A stretch of DNA of 64,000 nucleotides from an uncultured Holophagaceae bacterium. Lineage in GTDB: Bacteria; Acidobacteriota; Holophagae; Holophagales; Holophagaceae. Below, in pieces: positions 19,427-28,095 of this stretch; within the stretch, counting starts at the first letter, position 1; every line of letters begins with the position of its first letter. The stretch covers positions 911 through 64,910 of the forward strand of contig CAVVTK010000009.1 in the NCBI GenBank assembly GCA_963751095.1. The letters run 5' to 3'. A program made the position numbers and the translations under genes. The notes beneath the pieces are model-generated. The model saw nothing but the letters and a program-made list of their open reading frames with translations, had not been told where the DNA came from and searched no databases.

Positions 19427-20845
19427 TCAGAGTGTCTCCCACGCGGTCCGGGCCTGGCCCGTGGCATCGGCCGTGGCCCCCTTCAGGCGGGATCGTAGGT
19501 CGTCGGGCAGGAGGCGGCCCGCCTCCAGGGCCTGGAGCCTGGAAGGCGGGGTGAGGCCCGGCCACTCACTCACCATGGCCTTCACCCAGGCCTCGTCGCC
19601 CAGGCCCGCCCGGGCGGGCCAGCGCCAGGCATGCCCCAGGCCGGGCTCCCGCAGAGCCTTGATGGCAACCTCCACCTGTCCCGTGCGGCGGGCCACGGCC
19701 GCGGCGGCCTCGGCGGCCTCCCGCTGGGCGAAGGGATCCGCCAGCAGGGCCAGCAGGGGCTGCAGCACCTCGACGCCGCCCACCTTGCCCAGGGCCCGGG
19801 CCAAAGCGAAGCGGGCGCCTTCAGGCGAGCGGGCCAGGGCGTCGATGAGCCACCCGGCATCGGCGTCGCGGGCGGCGGCCACCAGGCCATCGGCGGCGGC
19901 TCGCCGGGCGCCCACGGGGCCCGTGGCCAGCGCATCCAGGTAGGGCGCCAGGCGCATTTCGGGGCCCTCATCCCGGCGCGGTCCCGCCACGGTGGCCAGC
20001 TCCCGGTCCCGGGCCGAGAAGCCCGGCAGCGGTTCCTCGCCCCAGCCCACCGCCTCGGCACTCTCCAGCCAGTCGGTCAGCTCCTGGCCGAAGGCCGCCA
20101 TGTCGGGCAGGCGCTTGGCGGGATCGGGCTGCAGGGCCCGCATCACGAGCCCCGCCATCCGGGGTGGGAAGCCGGGCCGCACGGCCGCCGGGGGCAGCTG
20201 CACCTGCGCGTAGGGCTGGCCCGTCATGAACTCGAAGAGGATCGCCCCCAGGGCGTAGACATCGCAACGGCCATCCACGCGGCGGGGATCGCCGTGCTGC
20301 TCGGGGGCCATGTAGCCCAGGGTGCCCACCACCATCTGGCTGCGGGTGGCGCGGGTGCGGCCCTCCTCGCCCTCCCAGTAGCACACGCCGAAGTCGGTGA
20401 CCTTGAGCTGCCCGTCCGCCGCGAAGAGCAGGTTCGAGGGCTTGAGGTCGCGGTGCACCACGCCCGCCGCGTGGGCCACGCCCAGCGCGCCGCAGACGGG
20501 CATCATCCGGCGGGCCAGGCCCGCGGGGGCTTCGCCGCGGCAGGCCTTGAGGCTGCCGCCGGGCAGAAGCTCCATGATCAGGTAGGGCCAGGCACCGCTG
20601 GTGCCGAAGGCGAAGATCTCCACCAGGCCCGGATGCGACAGGCGGGTGAGCACCTCGCCTTCCCGGAGGAAGCGGCGGACCAGATCCTGGTCGCGGTGGA
20701 CCTCGGGGCGCAGCAGCTTCACTGCGCAAATCGACCCGGTGCGGAACCGGTCCTCGCCCCGGAAGACCAGGGCCATGCCACCTTCGCCCAGGGGCTCCAG
20801 GAGGCGCACGCTGCCGATCTGCGCCGGGGGCCGCAGGCCGCTCAT
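19427..20845 (-). CDS. Hanks-type Ser/Thr protein kinase with C-terminal HEAT-like repeats
   Basis: LGEGGMALV, AVK, HRDLKPSN, DFG and GTLGYMAPEQ motifs; ATGA overlap with the upstream gene. Confidence 0.92.
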   Translation of the reverse strand: MSGLRPPAQIGSVRLLEPLGEGGMALVFRGEDRFRTGSICAVKLLRPEVHRDQDLVRRFLREGEVLTRLSHPGLVEIFAFGTSGAWPYLIMELLPGGSLKACRGEAPAGLARRMMPVCGALGVAHAAGVVHRDLKPSNLLFAADGQLKVTDFGVCYWEGEEGRTRATRSQMVVGTLGYMAPEQHGDPRRVDGRCDVYALGAILFEFMTGQPYAQVQLPPAAVRPGFPPRMAGLVMRALQPDPAKRLPDMAAFGQELTDWLESAEAVGWGEEPLPGFSARDRELATVAGPRRDEGPEMRLAPYLDALATGPVGARRAAADGLVAAARDADAGWLIDALARSPEGARFALARALGKVGGVEVLQPLLALLADPFAQREAAEAAAAVARRTGQVEVAIKALREPGLGHAWRWPARAGLGDEAWVKAMVSEWPGLTPPSRLQALEAGRLLPDDLRSRLKGATADATGQARTAWETL

Positions 20846-21774
20846 GGGGCCGGATACGCCCGGTCGCGTCCTCCAGCCTTGGCGCCGTAGAGGGCGGCAT
20901 CGGCCCGAGCCAGCAGGGCGCCGCCATCCGAGTCCCCCTCCTTGAGCTCGGCCACGCCCAGGCTGCAGGTGAGCCGCAGCTCCAGGCCGCCCTCCAGCTC
21001 TAGGGGATGCTCTGCGAGGGAGCGACGCAGCCCTTCCGCAGCGTGGAGGGCCATCATCACCGAGGTCTCGGGCAGTACGATGAGGAACTCGTCCCCGCCC
21101 AGCCGGCCCACGGGATCCGAGCCCCGGAGGCGAAGGTGGAGGAGGGCCCCGAAGGACTCCAGGGCGCGGTCGCCGGCCCGGTGGCCATGGGTGTCGTTGA
21201 CCTGCTTGAACCAGTCCAGGTCCGCGAGGATCAGGGACAGGGGCCGGCGGTGGCGGCGGGCCAGGTCGAAGTGCGACTCCAGCTGGTGCAGGACCGTGGC
21301 CCGGTTGCCCACGCCCGTCAGCGGGTCCAGCGTGGTGCGGGCCACCATGTCCTGGTGGTAGCGACGCTCGAGGGCATCCATGTGCTTGAGCTTGAAGGCG
21401 TGCCCTCCGACACGCACCACATCCTCGGCCTTCAGCCTCAGGGGGCCGGGATCCGCGTGGACCCGCCTGCCATTGATGAAGACGCCATTGGTGGAGCCCA
21501 GGTCCCGCAGTTCCACGGTCTCCAGATCCGCCGCAATGTTCAGCCGGGCATGGCGGCGGCTCACTTCGGGCTCGGGCAGGCAGAGCCTGTTCTCCGGCGC
21601 CCGGCCGATGCTGAGGCCTTCGAGCGGCAGGGGGATGAATTCGCCCATGGGCTGGCCCACATAGCGGATCAGCACCCACTCGCGGGTATCGAGCTCGCCC
21701 AGGAGTTCCGCGTCCTCCCGCACGGAGGCTGGATCCCAGGGGGGGAGGTCGGGAGGCGTGTGTTCGAGGGGCAT
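20842..21774 (-). CDS. FHA-GGDEF diguanylate cyclase
   Basis: IGR..VSRRH..DLGSTNG (FHA); RGSD I-site and GGDEF. Confidence 0.92.
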   Translation of the reverse strand: MPLEHTPPDLPPWDPASVREDAELLGELDTREWVLIRYVGQPMGEFIPLPLEGLSIGRAPENRLCLPEPEVSRRHARLNIAADLETVELRDLGSTNGVFINGRRVHADPGPLRLKAEDVVRVGGHAFKLKHMDALERRYHQDMVARTTLDPLTGVGNRATVLHQLESHFDLARRHRRPLSLILADLDWFKQVNDTHGHRAGDRALESFGALLHLRLRGSDPVGRLGGDEFLIVLPETSVMMALHAAEGLRRSLAEHPLELEGGLELRLTCSLGVAELKEGDSDGGALLARADAALYGAKAGGRDRAYPAP

Positions 21775-21804
21775 CTGGGAAAGTCTAGCGGAGATCAGCG
21801 ATGG

Positions 21805-22743
21805 CTAGCCTTCGCAGACCTGGTTGCGTCCCCCGCCCTTGGCCCGGTAGAGGGCCGCGTCCGCCCGGGCCAGCAACTGGCCGGCGTTGAGGTCGTCCCC
21901 GGTGCGCTCCGCGATGCCGAGGCTGCAGGTGACCGTGAGCCCGCCGGAAGCCAGGGCGATCGGGGTCGCAGCGATGGCCTTCCGCAGCCGCTCAGCGAAG
22001 GGTCTGGCCCCCGCCAGGTCCGTCTCCGGCAGCACCATGAGGAACTCCTCGCCGCCGATGCGGCCGGCCAGGTCCGCCTCGCGCAGGGTGGCGATGAGGC
22101 GCTCGCCGAAGGTGTGCAGCACGAAGTCGCCGGCGCCGTGGCCGTAGGTGTCGTTCACCTGCTTGAAGTGGTCCAGGTCGCAGACCACTACCGAGAGGGG
22201 CCGGCCGTAGCGCTGGCTCAGTCCGAAACGGTTCTGCAGCTCCGCCAGGGCGCTGCCCCGATTGGCCAGCCCCGTGAGCGGATCCTTGGTGCTGAGGTCG
22301 AGCAGGGTCTCGTGGAAGGCCCGCTCCAGCGGATCGAGAAACACCAGCTTCAGGACGTGCCCGCCGATGGCGATGCGATCGCCAGGACGCAGCTCGGCGA
22401 CTCCGCGCACCAGGTTCCCGTTCACTCGCGTACCGTTGGTGGATCCCAGATCCTCTACGAGGACCCGCCCCTCATCGACCTGGAGGCGCGCGTGCTGGCG
22501 GCTGACCTCGCCATCGAGCAGGGGCACGCCCGAATCCGGCGCCCGGCCCACGATCACCTGCCCGGCCGCCAAGGGGAACACCCGGCCCAGGGCCGCGCCC
22601 GCATAGGCCACCAGGGCCCACTCGGCCGGAGCTGCCAGGGCATCCACCTCGCTCTTGGTGCGCACCACCGTCGGGATCTCGGGCAGCCCGGGAAGGGTCC
22701 CCATGCTCGGGGGCGACTTCTTCGACGAGGCCTTGCGCGTCAT
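21805..22743 (-). CDS. FHA-GGDEF diguanylate cyclase (second paralog)
   Basis: VGR..VSRQH..DLGSTNG (FHA); READ I-site and GGEEF. Confidence 0.92.
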   Translation of the reverse strand: MTRKASSKKSPPSMGTLPGLPEIPTVVRTKSEVDALAAPAEWALVAYAGAALGRVFPLAAGQVIVGRAPDSGVPLLDGEVSRQHARLQVDEGRVLVEDLGSTNGTRVNGNLVRGVAELRPGDRIAIGGHVLKLVFLDPLERAFHETLLDLSTKDPLTGLANRGSALAELQNRFGLSQRYGRPLSVVVCDLDHFKQVNDTYGHGAGDFVLHTFGERLIATLREADLAGRIGGEEFLMVLPETDLAGARPFAERLRKAIAATPIALASGGLTVTCSLGIAERTGDDLNAGQLLARADAALYRAKGGGRNQVCEG

Positions 22744-23528
22744 GGATCCTCCACGAAGCAGGTCACCAGGCTTCCATCGTCCTTTCGCCGGGCCAGAATG
22801 AAGGGTGCGCGAGGCGCCCGGGCCGCCGAGGCCTCCAGCCGAACCATGATCCGGCCCTGCCCGGGATCGTGGCGCAGGTCCGCCACGCCCTTGCTGGGGA
22901 TGCGGAACAGGCCGAGCACCTCCAGGTTCCGGACGTTCTCGCCGGTACCCCGCACCAGCTGCAAGCTGTAGCGCATCCACAGGCCCTTGGGCAGCGCGTG
23001 GATAGCCTCGGCCCGGATGGGCACCGCCAGCGACAGCATGAGCTCCAGGCCGGCTTCGGCGCTCCCTCCTGCCAGCGCGGGATCCAGGCGCCGGGCGCCG
23101 GGCGGGGTCAGCTGCGCCGACAGGCGGCGTGGGGTGGGACGGACGACCGGCTCCAGCCGGCCCAGGGCCTGCGCCTTTCGCGACAGCGGGGGCACAGCCA
23201 CCCGCGCGGCCTGCCCGCCCGCCAGGGGCGTCATGCGGATGACCTCGGCCTCGGCGCCCCAGCGGGCCCAGCCGGATTCAGCGCCAAGGTCCGCCCGGAA
23301 GGGCTCCAGTGCCTTGGCCTCGGTGGTCTCCGCGAACCGGTGCATCTCGCGGCAGGCTGTGACGGGGGGCTCCAGGCCGGCCCGGGCCTCAACCCCCAGC
23401 GGTGCGGAGCCCCGGGCCTTCGGCAGGAAGGGCTCGGCGGCCACCTCCACAACCCGGAGGCCGGCGAAGGCCTGCCGCAGCGTTTCCGCCGCATCCGCCA
23501 TCGCGTCCTTGACTCGGCCGAACATCAA
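22740..23528 (-). CDS. hypothetical protein
   Basis: ORF with 4-bp overlaps to both neighbours in the operon. Confidence 0.6.
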   Translation of the reverse strand: MMFGRVKDAMADAAETLRQAFAGLRVVEVAAEPFLPKARGSAPLGVEARAGLEPPVTACREMHRFAETTEAKALEPFRADLGAESGWARWGAEAEVIRMTPLAGGQAARVAVPPLSRKAQALGRLEPVVRPTPRRLSAQLTPPGARRLDPALAGGSAEAGLELMLSLAVPIRAEAIHALPKGLWMRYSLQLVRGTGENVRNLEVLGLFRIPSKGVADLRHDPGQGRIMVRLEASAARAPRAPFILARRKDDGSLVTCFVEDP

Positions 23529-24073
23529 GAATCCTTCACCACGAGGCTCTGCAGGGCCGCCGTGACGCGCTCCAGGGGCTCGGCCAGGTCCATGTGGTAG
23601 CCCGCCTCCAGCAGCTTCCCCACGGCCTGCTCCTGGGCCGCCGGTTCCACCGCGGAGGCGAACATCACGCGCAGCGGGGCCGCGCCTTCGGCCAGCTGGA
23701 TGAGCAGCTCCCGCGGACCGGCCCGGAAGGTGTCCCCCACTTTGGAGAGCGGGGATTCCTGGCTCTTCTGCACCGCCAGCACCGGGTATTTCACGTCGCC
23801 AGACCAGCCCCCAGCAAGCTCCGTGGCGCTGAGGATGAACAGGTCGGGCGGGGTCTTCAGCTCCTTCAGCAGCGTCTTCTGGATGACCTCCTCCTTGAGG
23901 TGCGGCTCCAGCGACTTGCCATAGAGGATGCTCTGCAGCCGCGTCGGCGTGATGGGCTCGGTGTAGCGGAAGTCCAGCGGAATGCCGGAGGTGTCCGTAA
24001 CCAGGAGGCCGCCGAGGTAGCTCGCGCCCTCCTTGACGGCCATGAAGTACGCGAGCTTGATGGGATCTGCCAT
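23525..24073 (-). CDS. conserved-looking hypothetical protein
   Basis: GAGG RBS, strong codon bias; YLGGLLVTD..GIP.DFRYTEPI.PT.LQ.ILYG. Confidence 0.75.
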   Translation of the reverse strand: MADPIKLAYFMAVKEGASYLGGLLVTDTSGIPLDFRYTEPITPTRLQSILYGKSLEPHLKEEVIQKTLLKELKTPPDLFILSATELAGGWSGDVKYPVLAVQKSQESPLSKVGDTFRAGPRELLIQLAEGAAPLRVMFASAVEPAAQEQAVGKLLEAGYHMDLAEPLERVTAALQSLVVKDS

Positions 24074-24122
24074 GAAGACACCTCTGCCGGGAAGGCTACA
24101 TCCCCATCGGCGGAACCTGCTC

Positions 24123-24150
24123 TTGCCTTTTGTCCCGCTCCTGGTACATT
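24123..24150 (+). promoter_or_regulatory. sigma70-type promoter for tRNA-Gln/Glu
   Basis: TTGCCT-16 bp-TACATT with an extended -10 TG. Confidence 0.45.
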
Positions 24151-24165
24151 GGTTATTCCACTCGT

Positions 24166-24240
24166 TGGGGAGTGGTCTAATGGTAGGACAACGGTTTCTG
24201 GTACCGTCAGGTGAGGGTTCAAATCCTTCCTCCCCAACCA
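24166..24240 (+). tRNA. tRNA-Gln(CTG)
   Basis: Cloverleaf; anticodon arm ACGGT-TTCTGGT-ACCGT; GGTTCAAATCC; CCA end. Confidence 0.95.
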
Positions 24241-24257
24241 TTCACAACTTGTTCAGT

Positions 24258-24332
24258 GGTCCCATCGTATAGCGGTTAGTACACCGCCCTCTCACGGCGG
24301 GAACAGGGGTTCGATTCCCCTTGGGACTACCA
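24258..24332 (+). tRNA. tRNA-Glu(CTC)
   Basis: Cloverleaf; CCGCC-CTCTCAC-GGCGG; GGTTCGATTCC; CCA end. Confidence 0.95.
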
Positions 24333-24888
24333 GCAACGGCCCGGCGCAAGCCGGGCCTTCTTCATGTCCCAGGGGGAATCGAAGTCCCAGCCAGCGCGCA
24401 GGTAGGGCCAGGCTCGGACAGCCTGGGGGGCTGTTCGAGCCGATCCGCCGCAGGCGGAGGCCCGTGCGCATGCTGGCGTGCGAATTCCCCTTGGGACTAC
24501 CAGCAACGGCCCGGCGCAAGCCGGGCCTTCTTCATGTCCCAGGGGGAATCGAAGTCCCAGCCAGCGCGCAGGTAGGGCCAGGCTCGGACAGCCTGGGGGG
24601 CTGTTCGAGCCGATCCGCCGCAGGCGGAGGCCCGTGCGCATGCTGGCGTGCGAATTCCCCTTGGGACTACCAGCAACGGCCCGGCGCAAGCCGGGCCTTC
24701 TTCATGTCCCAGGGGGAATCGAAGTCCCAGCCAGCGCGCAGGTAGGGCCAGGCTTGGACAGCCTGGGAGGCTGTTCGAGCCGATCCGCCGCAGGCGGAGG
24801 CCCGTGCGCATGCTGGCGTGCGAATTCCCCTTGGGACTACCAGCAACGGCCCGGCGCAAGCCGGGCCTTCTTCATGTCCCAAGGGGAA
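24314..24888. repeat. 170-bp tandem array (3 full units + partial) starting with the 3' 19 nt of tRNA-Glu
   Basis: Units start at 24314, 24484, 24654 and 24824 with ATTCCCCTTGGGACTACCA; near-identical. Confidence 0.97.
24338..24363 (+). terminator. terminator-like hairpin after tRNA-Glu (repeated in each unit)
   Basis: GGCCCGGC-GCAA-GCCGGGCC-TTCTTC. Confidence 0.6.
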
Positions 24889-25003
24889 GCCCAGCCGGGC
24901 ACCCGGCGGGTTGAGCATCACACCCAGGTTGGCCACGCGGCCCCTCGAAGCTGGCAGTGCCCGACCTTCTCACCGCTGGCGTTCCCGCCGTGAGAGGGCG
25001 AAA

Positions 25004-25276
25004 TCAGGAGGCCAGCGCCACCAGGGCCTGGACCGTATCCCAACCCTTTGGCGTGAGCACGTAGGAGTGGCTGAGGTCCAGGCTCAGCAGCCCGCCCTCC
25101 TCCAGCTTCGGCAGCGATTCCCCGGCCGGCACGGCCTGGGTCTCGCCCTTGCCCAGCAGCGTGACCACGCCCTCTTCATCGAGGTAGAAGCAGAGGCGTC
25201 CTTCGGCATCCCGGGATGCCAGGTGGAGGACGCAACGGTCGTGGGACGTCAACTGCATGAGAACCTCTGTGATCAT
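25004..25276 (-). CDS. small hypothetical protein
   Basis: 90-aa ORF (start could be the Met at 25258 after GAGG); no recognised motif. Confidence 0.5.
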   Translation of the reverse strand: MITEVLMQLTSHDRCVLHLASRDAEGRLCFYLDEEGVVTLLGKGETQAVPAGESLPKLEEGGLLSLDLSHSYVLTPKGWDTVQALVALAS

Positions 25277-25410
25277 CTGGTCAGCCGACTGATCGGTTCA
25301 CAAGTTAATTGATGTTAAGAAGTGGTTTGAGAACCGCATAAGTAGGCCCTTTCTGCCGATCCATTCCCTCTCGGGTTCGCTTCCAGGCCCGGCCTGTGGT
25401 TGGATGGGGC

Positions 25411-26481
25411 ATGCGCATGCGTTGGTTCTGGACCCTTCCCCTGGCGGTGGCTGCGGCCATCATCTGGCTGAGCGCCCAGTCCCACTATCCGGGCGGCATC
25501 GAGCTGCCCTCCCCCCTGGACAAGGTGGCCCACGCCGCCGTGTTCGGAGCCCTCGCCTGGGCCCTGGATCTTGCTTTCCGGCACAGTCGCCCGGACTTGC
25601 CCATGTACCGGAGACACCTGCTGGTCTTCGGGATGGTGGCCGTGTTTGGCGCCACGGACGAGTGGCACCAGAGCTTCGTGCCCGGTCGGTCCTGTGAGTT
25701 CGGCGACTGGGTGGCGGATGCCCTGGGGGGTGGCCTCGGGCTCCTGGCCGGGAGCGTCCATCTCGTGTTCACGCGCCACCTTCAGGCGCTGTCCTGGTGG
25801 CGCGGCTCGGCACGGCGCTCTGATTCCTCCCGGGACCTGATCCTCGTTGCCGACCCCCACTGGGCGGTGGTGCTCACGGGCCTCGAAGCGACCACGACGA
25901 GCTTCCCCGAAGCCGACTGGCTCTTTCTCGGCGACGTGTTCGATGTGTGGGTGGGTATGCCCGGCATGGAGACGGCCACCCAGAAGGCCTTCCTCGACTG
26001 GGTTCAGGCCCGCAGAACCGCGGGCCGCTGGGTGGGGCTGTGGCTGGGCAACCGGGAGTATTTCCTCGAGCGGCATGCCTCCGGCTTCGACCTCATGGGC
26101 GAGGGCACCGGCGGCATGCTCGAAGGCGAGCCCCTGACCTGGGAACACGGCGATCTCGTCAACACCGCCGACCGGCAGTACCGGCTGTGGAATCTGGTCT
26201 CACGTTCCGGCCTCGTCTGGCTGCTGTTCCGGCTGATGCCCGGCGGTACCGCCCGCCGGGTGTCCGCCTGGATGGAACGGAAGCTCCGCACCACCAACAG
26301 CGCCTACAAGCTGGCCTTCCCGCGACGAGCCTTCCGCGCCGCCGCTGAAGCGCACCCGGGCGCGACCTTCCTCACCGGCCACTTCCACACCCACGAGGTC
26401 GAGGCCAACGGCATCGCCCTGCCCTGGGCCCACGAGGGGCGGTTCATGGTGTGGCGGGGCGGGAAGGTGGAGGAGCTTTAG
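25411..26481 (+). CDS. VanZ-like membrane domain fused to an LpxH-like metallophosphoesterase
   Basis: DKVAH...DEWHQSFVPGRS..DW.AD (VanZ); ADPH, LGDVFD, GNRE, EHGD and GHFH (LpxH-like). Confidence 0.8.
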   Translation: MRMRWFWTLPLAVAAAIIWLSAQSHYPGGIELPSPLDKVAHAAVFGALAWALDLAFRHSRPDLPMYRRHLLVFGMVAVFGATDEWHQSFVPGRSCEFGDWVADALGGGLGLLAGSVHLVFTRHLQALSWWRGSARRSDSSRDLILVADPHWAVVLTGLEATTTSFPEADWLFLGDVFDVWVGMPGMETATQKAFLDWVQARRTAGRWVGLWLGNREYFLERHASGFDLMGEGTGGMLEGEPLTWEHGDLVNTADRQYRLWNLVSRSGLVWLLFRLMPGGTARRVSAWMERKLRTTNSAYKLAFPRRAFRAAAEAHPGATFLTGHFHTHEVEANGIALPWAHEGRFMVWRGGKVEEL

Positions 26482-26699
26482 GCTTTAGGCTTCAGGCTTC
26501 AGGCTTCAGGCTTCAGGCTTCAGGCTTCAGGCTTCAGGCTTCAGGCTTCAGGGTACCTGATGGATGTTTGAGGTGGGCCGACGGCCCGCGCCAGGTTTTT
26601 TGAAGCCGTTCGGATGGGTCGGCGCCGAACTGAACCATTGGCGCCCCGCGCAGCAGGGCATCAGGAAGCTGTTCCTGAAGCCTGTGGCCTGAAGCCTAC
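26475..26699. repeat. heptamer microsatellite (GCTTYAG)x11 with inverted heptamer copies about 120 bp downstream
   Basis: Tandem at 26475-26551; CCTGAAG-CCTGTGG-CCTGAAG-CCTA at 26674-26698. Confidence 0.92.
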
Positions 26700-27283
26700 A
26701 GATCCAGCAGATCCGCCACCTCGCGGCGCAGCTCGGGAATGCCGAGGCCCTTGGCGGCGCTCACCCAGGCGATGTCCGTAGCCTGCAGGTGCAGGCCGGC
26801 AGCCACGTCCTTGCGCTGCTTCAATGCCTTGCTGGGCTTCACCTGATCGCTCTTTGTGGCCACGATGCGGTGGGGCAGGCCCTCGGCCCGCAGCCACTCG
26901 ATCATGGCGTGGTCCAGCTTGGTGGGACCCACCTCCGCATCCACCAACACGAAGACCATCCGCAGAGTGGGCCGGCCCGTGAGGTAGCCCTCCACCATGG
27001 CCTGCCAGGTGGCCCGCTCGGCGGCGGGACCGGTGGCGAAGCCGTAGCCGGGGAGATCCACGATCCAGCGATCCGGTCCGGTCAGGAACACGTTAATGAG
27101 CCGCGTGCGGCCGGGCGTCTTGGACACGCGGGCCAGCTGCTTCTGATTGGCCAGGGCGTTCAGCAGCGAGGACTTGCCCACGTTGCTGCGCCCCACGAAG
27201 GCCACCTCGGCGTGGCAGATGCCCAGCTTCCGGGCATCGGCGGCGGAGGTGACGAAACGGACATCGTTGAGGGGTTGGGCCAT
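26696..27283 (-). CDS. engB: ribosome biogenesis GTPase YihA/YsxC
   Basis: GRSNVGKSS, SKTPGRTR, DLPGYG and TKSD motifs. Confidence 0.95.
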   Translation of the reverse strand: MAQPLNDVRFVTSAADARKLGICHAEVAFVGRSNVGKSSLLNALANQKQLARVSKTPGRTRLINVFLTGPDRWIVDLPGYGFATGPAAERATWQAMVEGYLTGRPTLRMVFVLVDAEVGPTKLDHAMIEWLRAEGLPHRIVATKSDQVKPSKALKQRKDVAAGLHLQATDIAWVSAAKGLGIPELRREVADLLDL

Positions 27284-27325
27284 GGGATTCCAATCTGCTG
27301 CCTTCAGCCTACCGCCAACGGGTCC

Positions 27326-28012
27326 TCACACGGTCACGAGGCTCGTCGGCGCAGGCTGGTCGAAGGCGATGCGGCCATGGTCCAGGCCGATGACGCGCTT
27401 GCGCATCCGCTGGATGAGACTGCGGTCGTGGGTGGCCACGACGACCGTGGTGCCCTGGCCGTTGATGCGCTCGAAGAGGGCCATGATCTCGTGGGCCAGG
27501 TCGGGATCCAGGTTGCCCGTGGGCTCGTCCGCCAGCAGCACCAGGGGATCGTTCACCAGGGCCCGGGCAATGGCCACGCGCTGCTGCTCGCCGCCGGACA
27601 GCTGCAGGGGATAGCTGCTGAGCTTGTGCTGGAGCCCCACCATCTTCAGGGCGCGGAAGGTGCGCTGCTTCTGCTCCGCCGCGCTGACGCCCAGCACCTT
27701 CAGCACGAAGGAGACGTTCTCGAAGATGGTGCGGCTGCGGATGAGCTTGAAATCCTGGAACACCACGCCCAGCTTGCGACGCAGCAGGGGGATCTCCTTC
27801 TCGGCCATGGAGGCCAGCCGGTGCCCCGCCATCTGGATCTCGCCGCTGCTGGGGATCTGCTCGCGGAAGAGCAGCTTCAGCAGGGTGGACTTCCCCGCGC
27901 CACTGGGGCCCGTGAGGAACACGAACTCGCCGGAGTCAATGCTGAAGCTCACATCCGCCAGGGCGGTGTGGATGCGGTCGTACTGCTTGCCGACGTGGGT
28001 GAGGGTGATCAT
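27326..28012 (-). CDS. ftsE: cell division ATP-binding protein FtsE
   Basis: FLTGPSGAGKST, GVVFQDFKL, LSGGEQQRVAIARA and DEPTGNLDP motifs. Confidence 0.9.
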   Translation of the reverse strand: MITLTHVGKQYDRIHTALADVSFSIDSGEFVFLTGPSGAGKSTLLKLLFREQIPSSGEIQMAGHRLASMAEKEIPLLRRKLGVVFQDFKLIRSRTIFENVSFVLKVLGVSAAEQKQRTFRALKMVGLQHKLSSYPLQLSGGEQQRVAIARALVNDPLVLLADEPTGNLDPDLAHEIMALFERINGQGTTVVVATHDRSLIQRMRKRVIGLDHGRIAFDQPAPTSLVTV

Positions 28013-28017
28013 GGGAT

Positions 28018-28092
28018 GGGCTGTCAGCTCTCAGAAAACGCGGGGCGAGCCGGCTCCTAGGCTGACAGCTGACAGCTGACAGCTGATAGCCC
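28018..28092. repeat. short element with heptamer (GCTGACA)n inverted arms
   Basis: GGGCTGTCAGCTCTCAG ... (GCTGACA)x3 GCTGATAGCCC. Confidence 0.8.
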
Positions 28093-28095
28093 TTT

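Noticed and set aside
24292-24993. Multiple 70-170 aa ORFs over the tRNA-Glu array
   Set aside because: They overlap the tRNA and repeat units on both strands; chance ORFs in GC-rich repeats
24890-25380. Genomic island or prophage integrated at tRNA-Glu
   Set aside because: No integrase or phage genes and no distant att repeat seen; only a small hypothetical ORF follows
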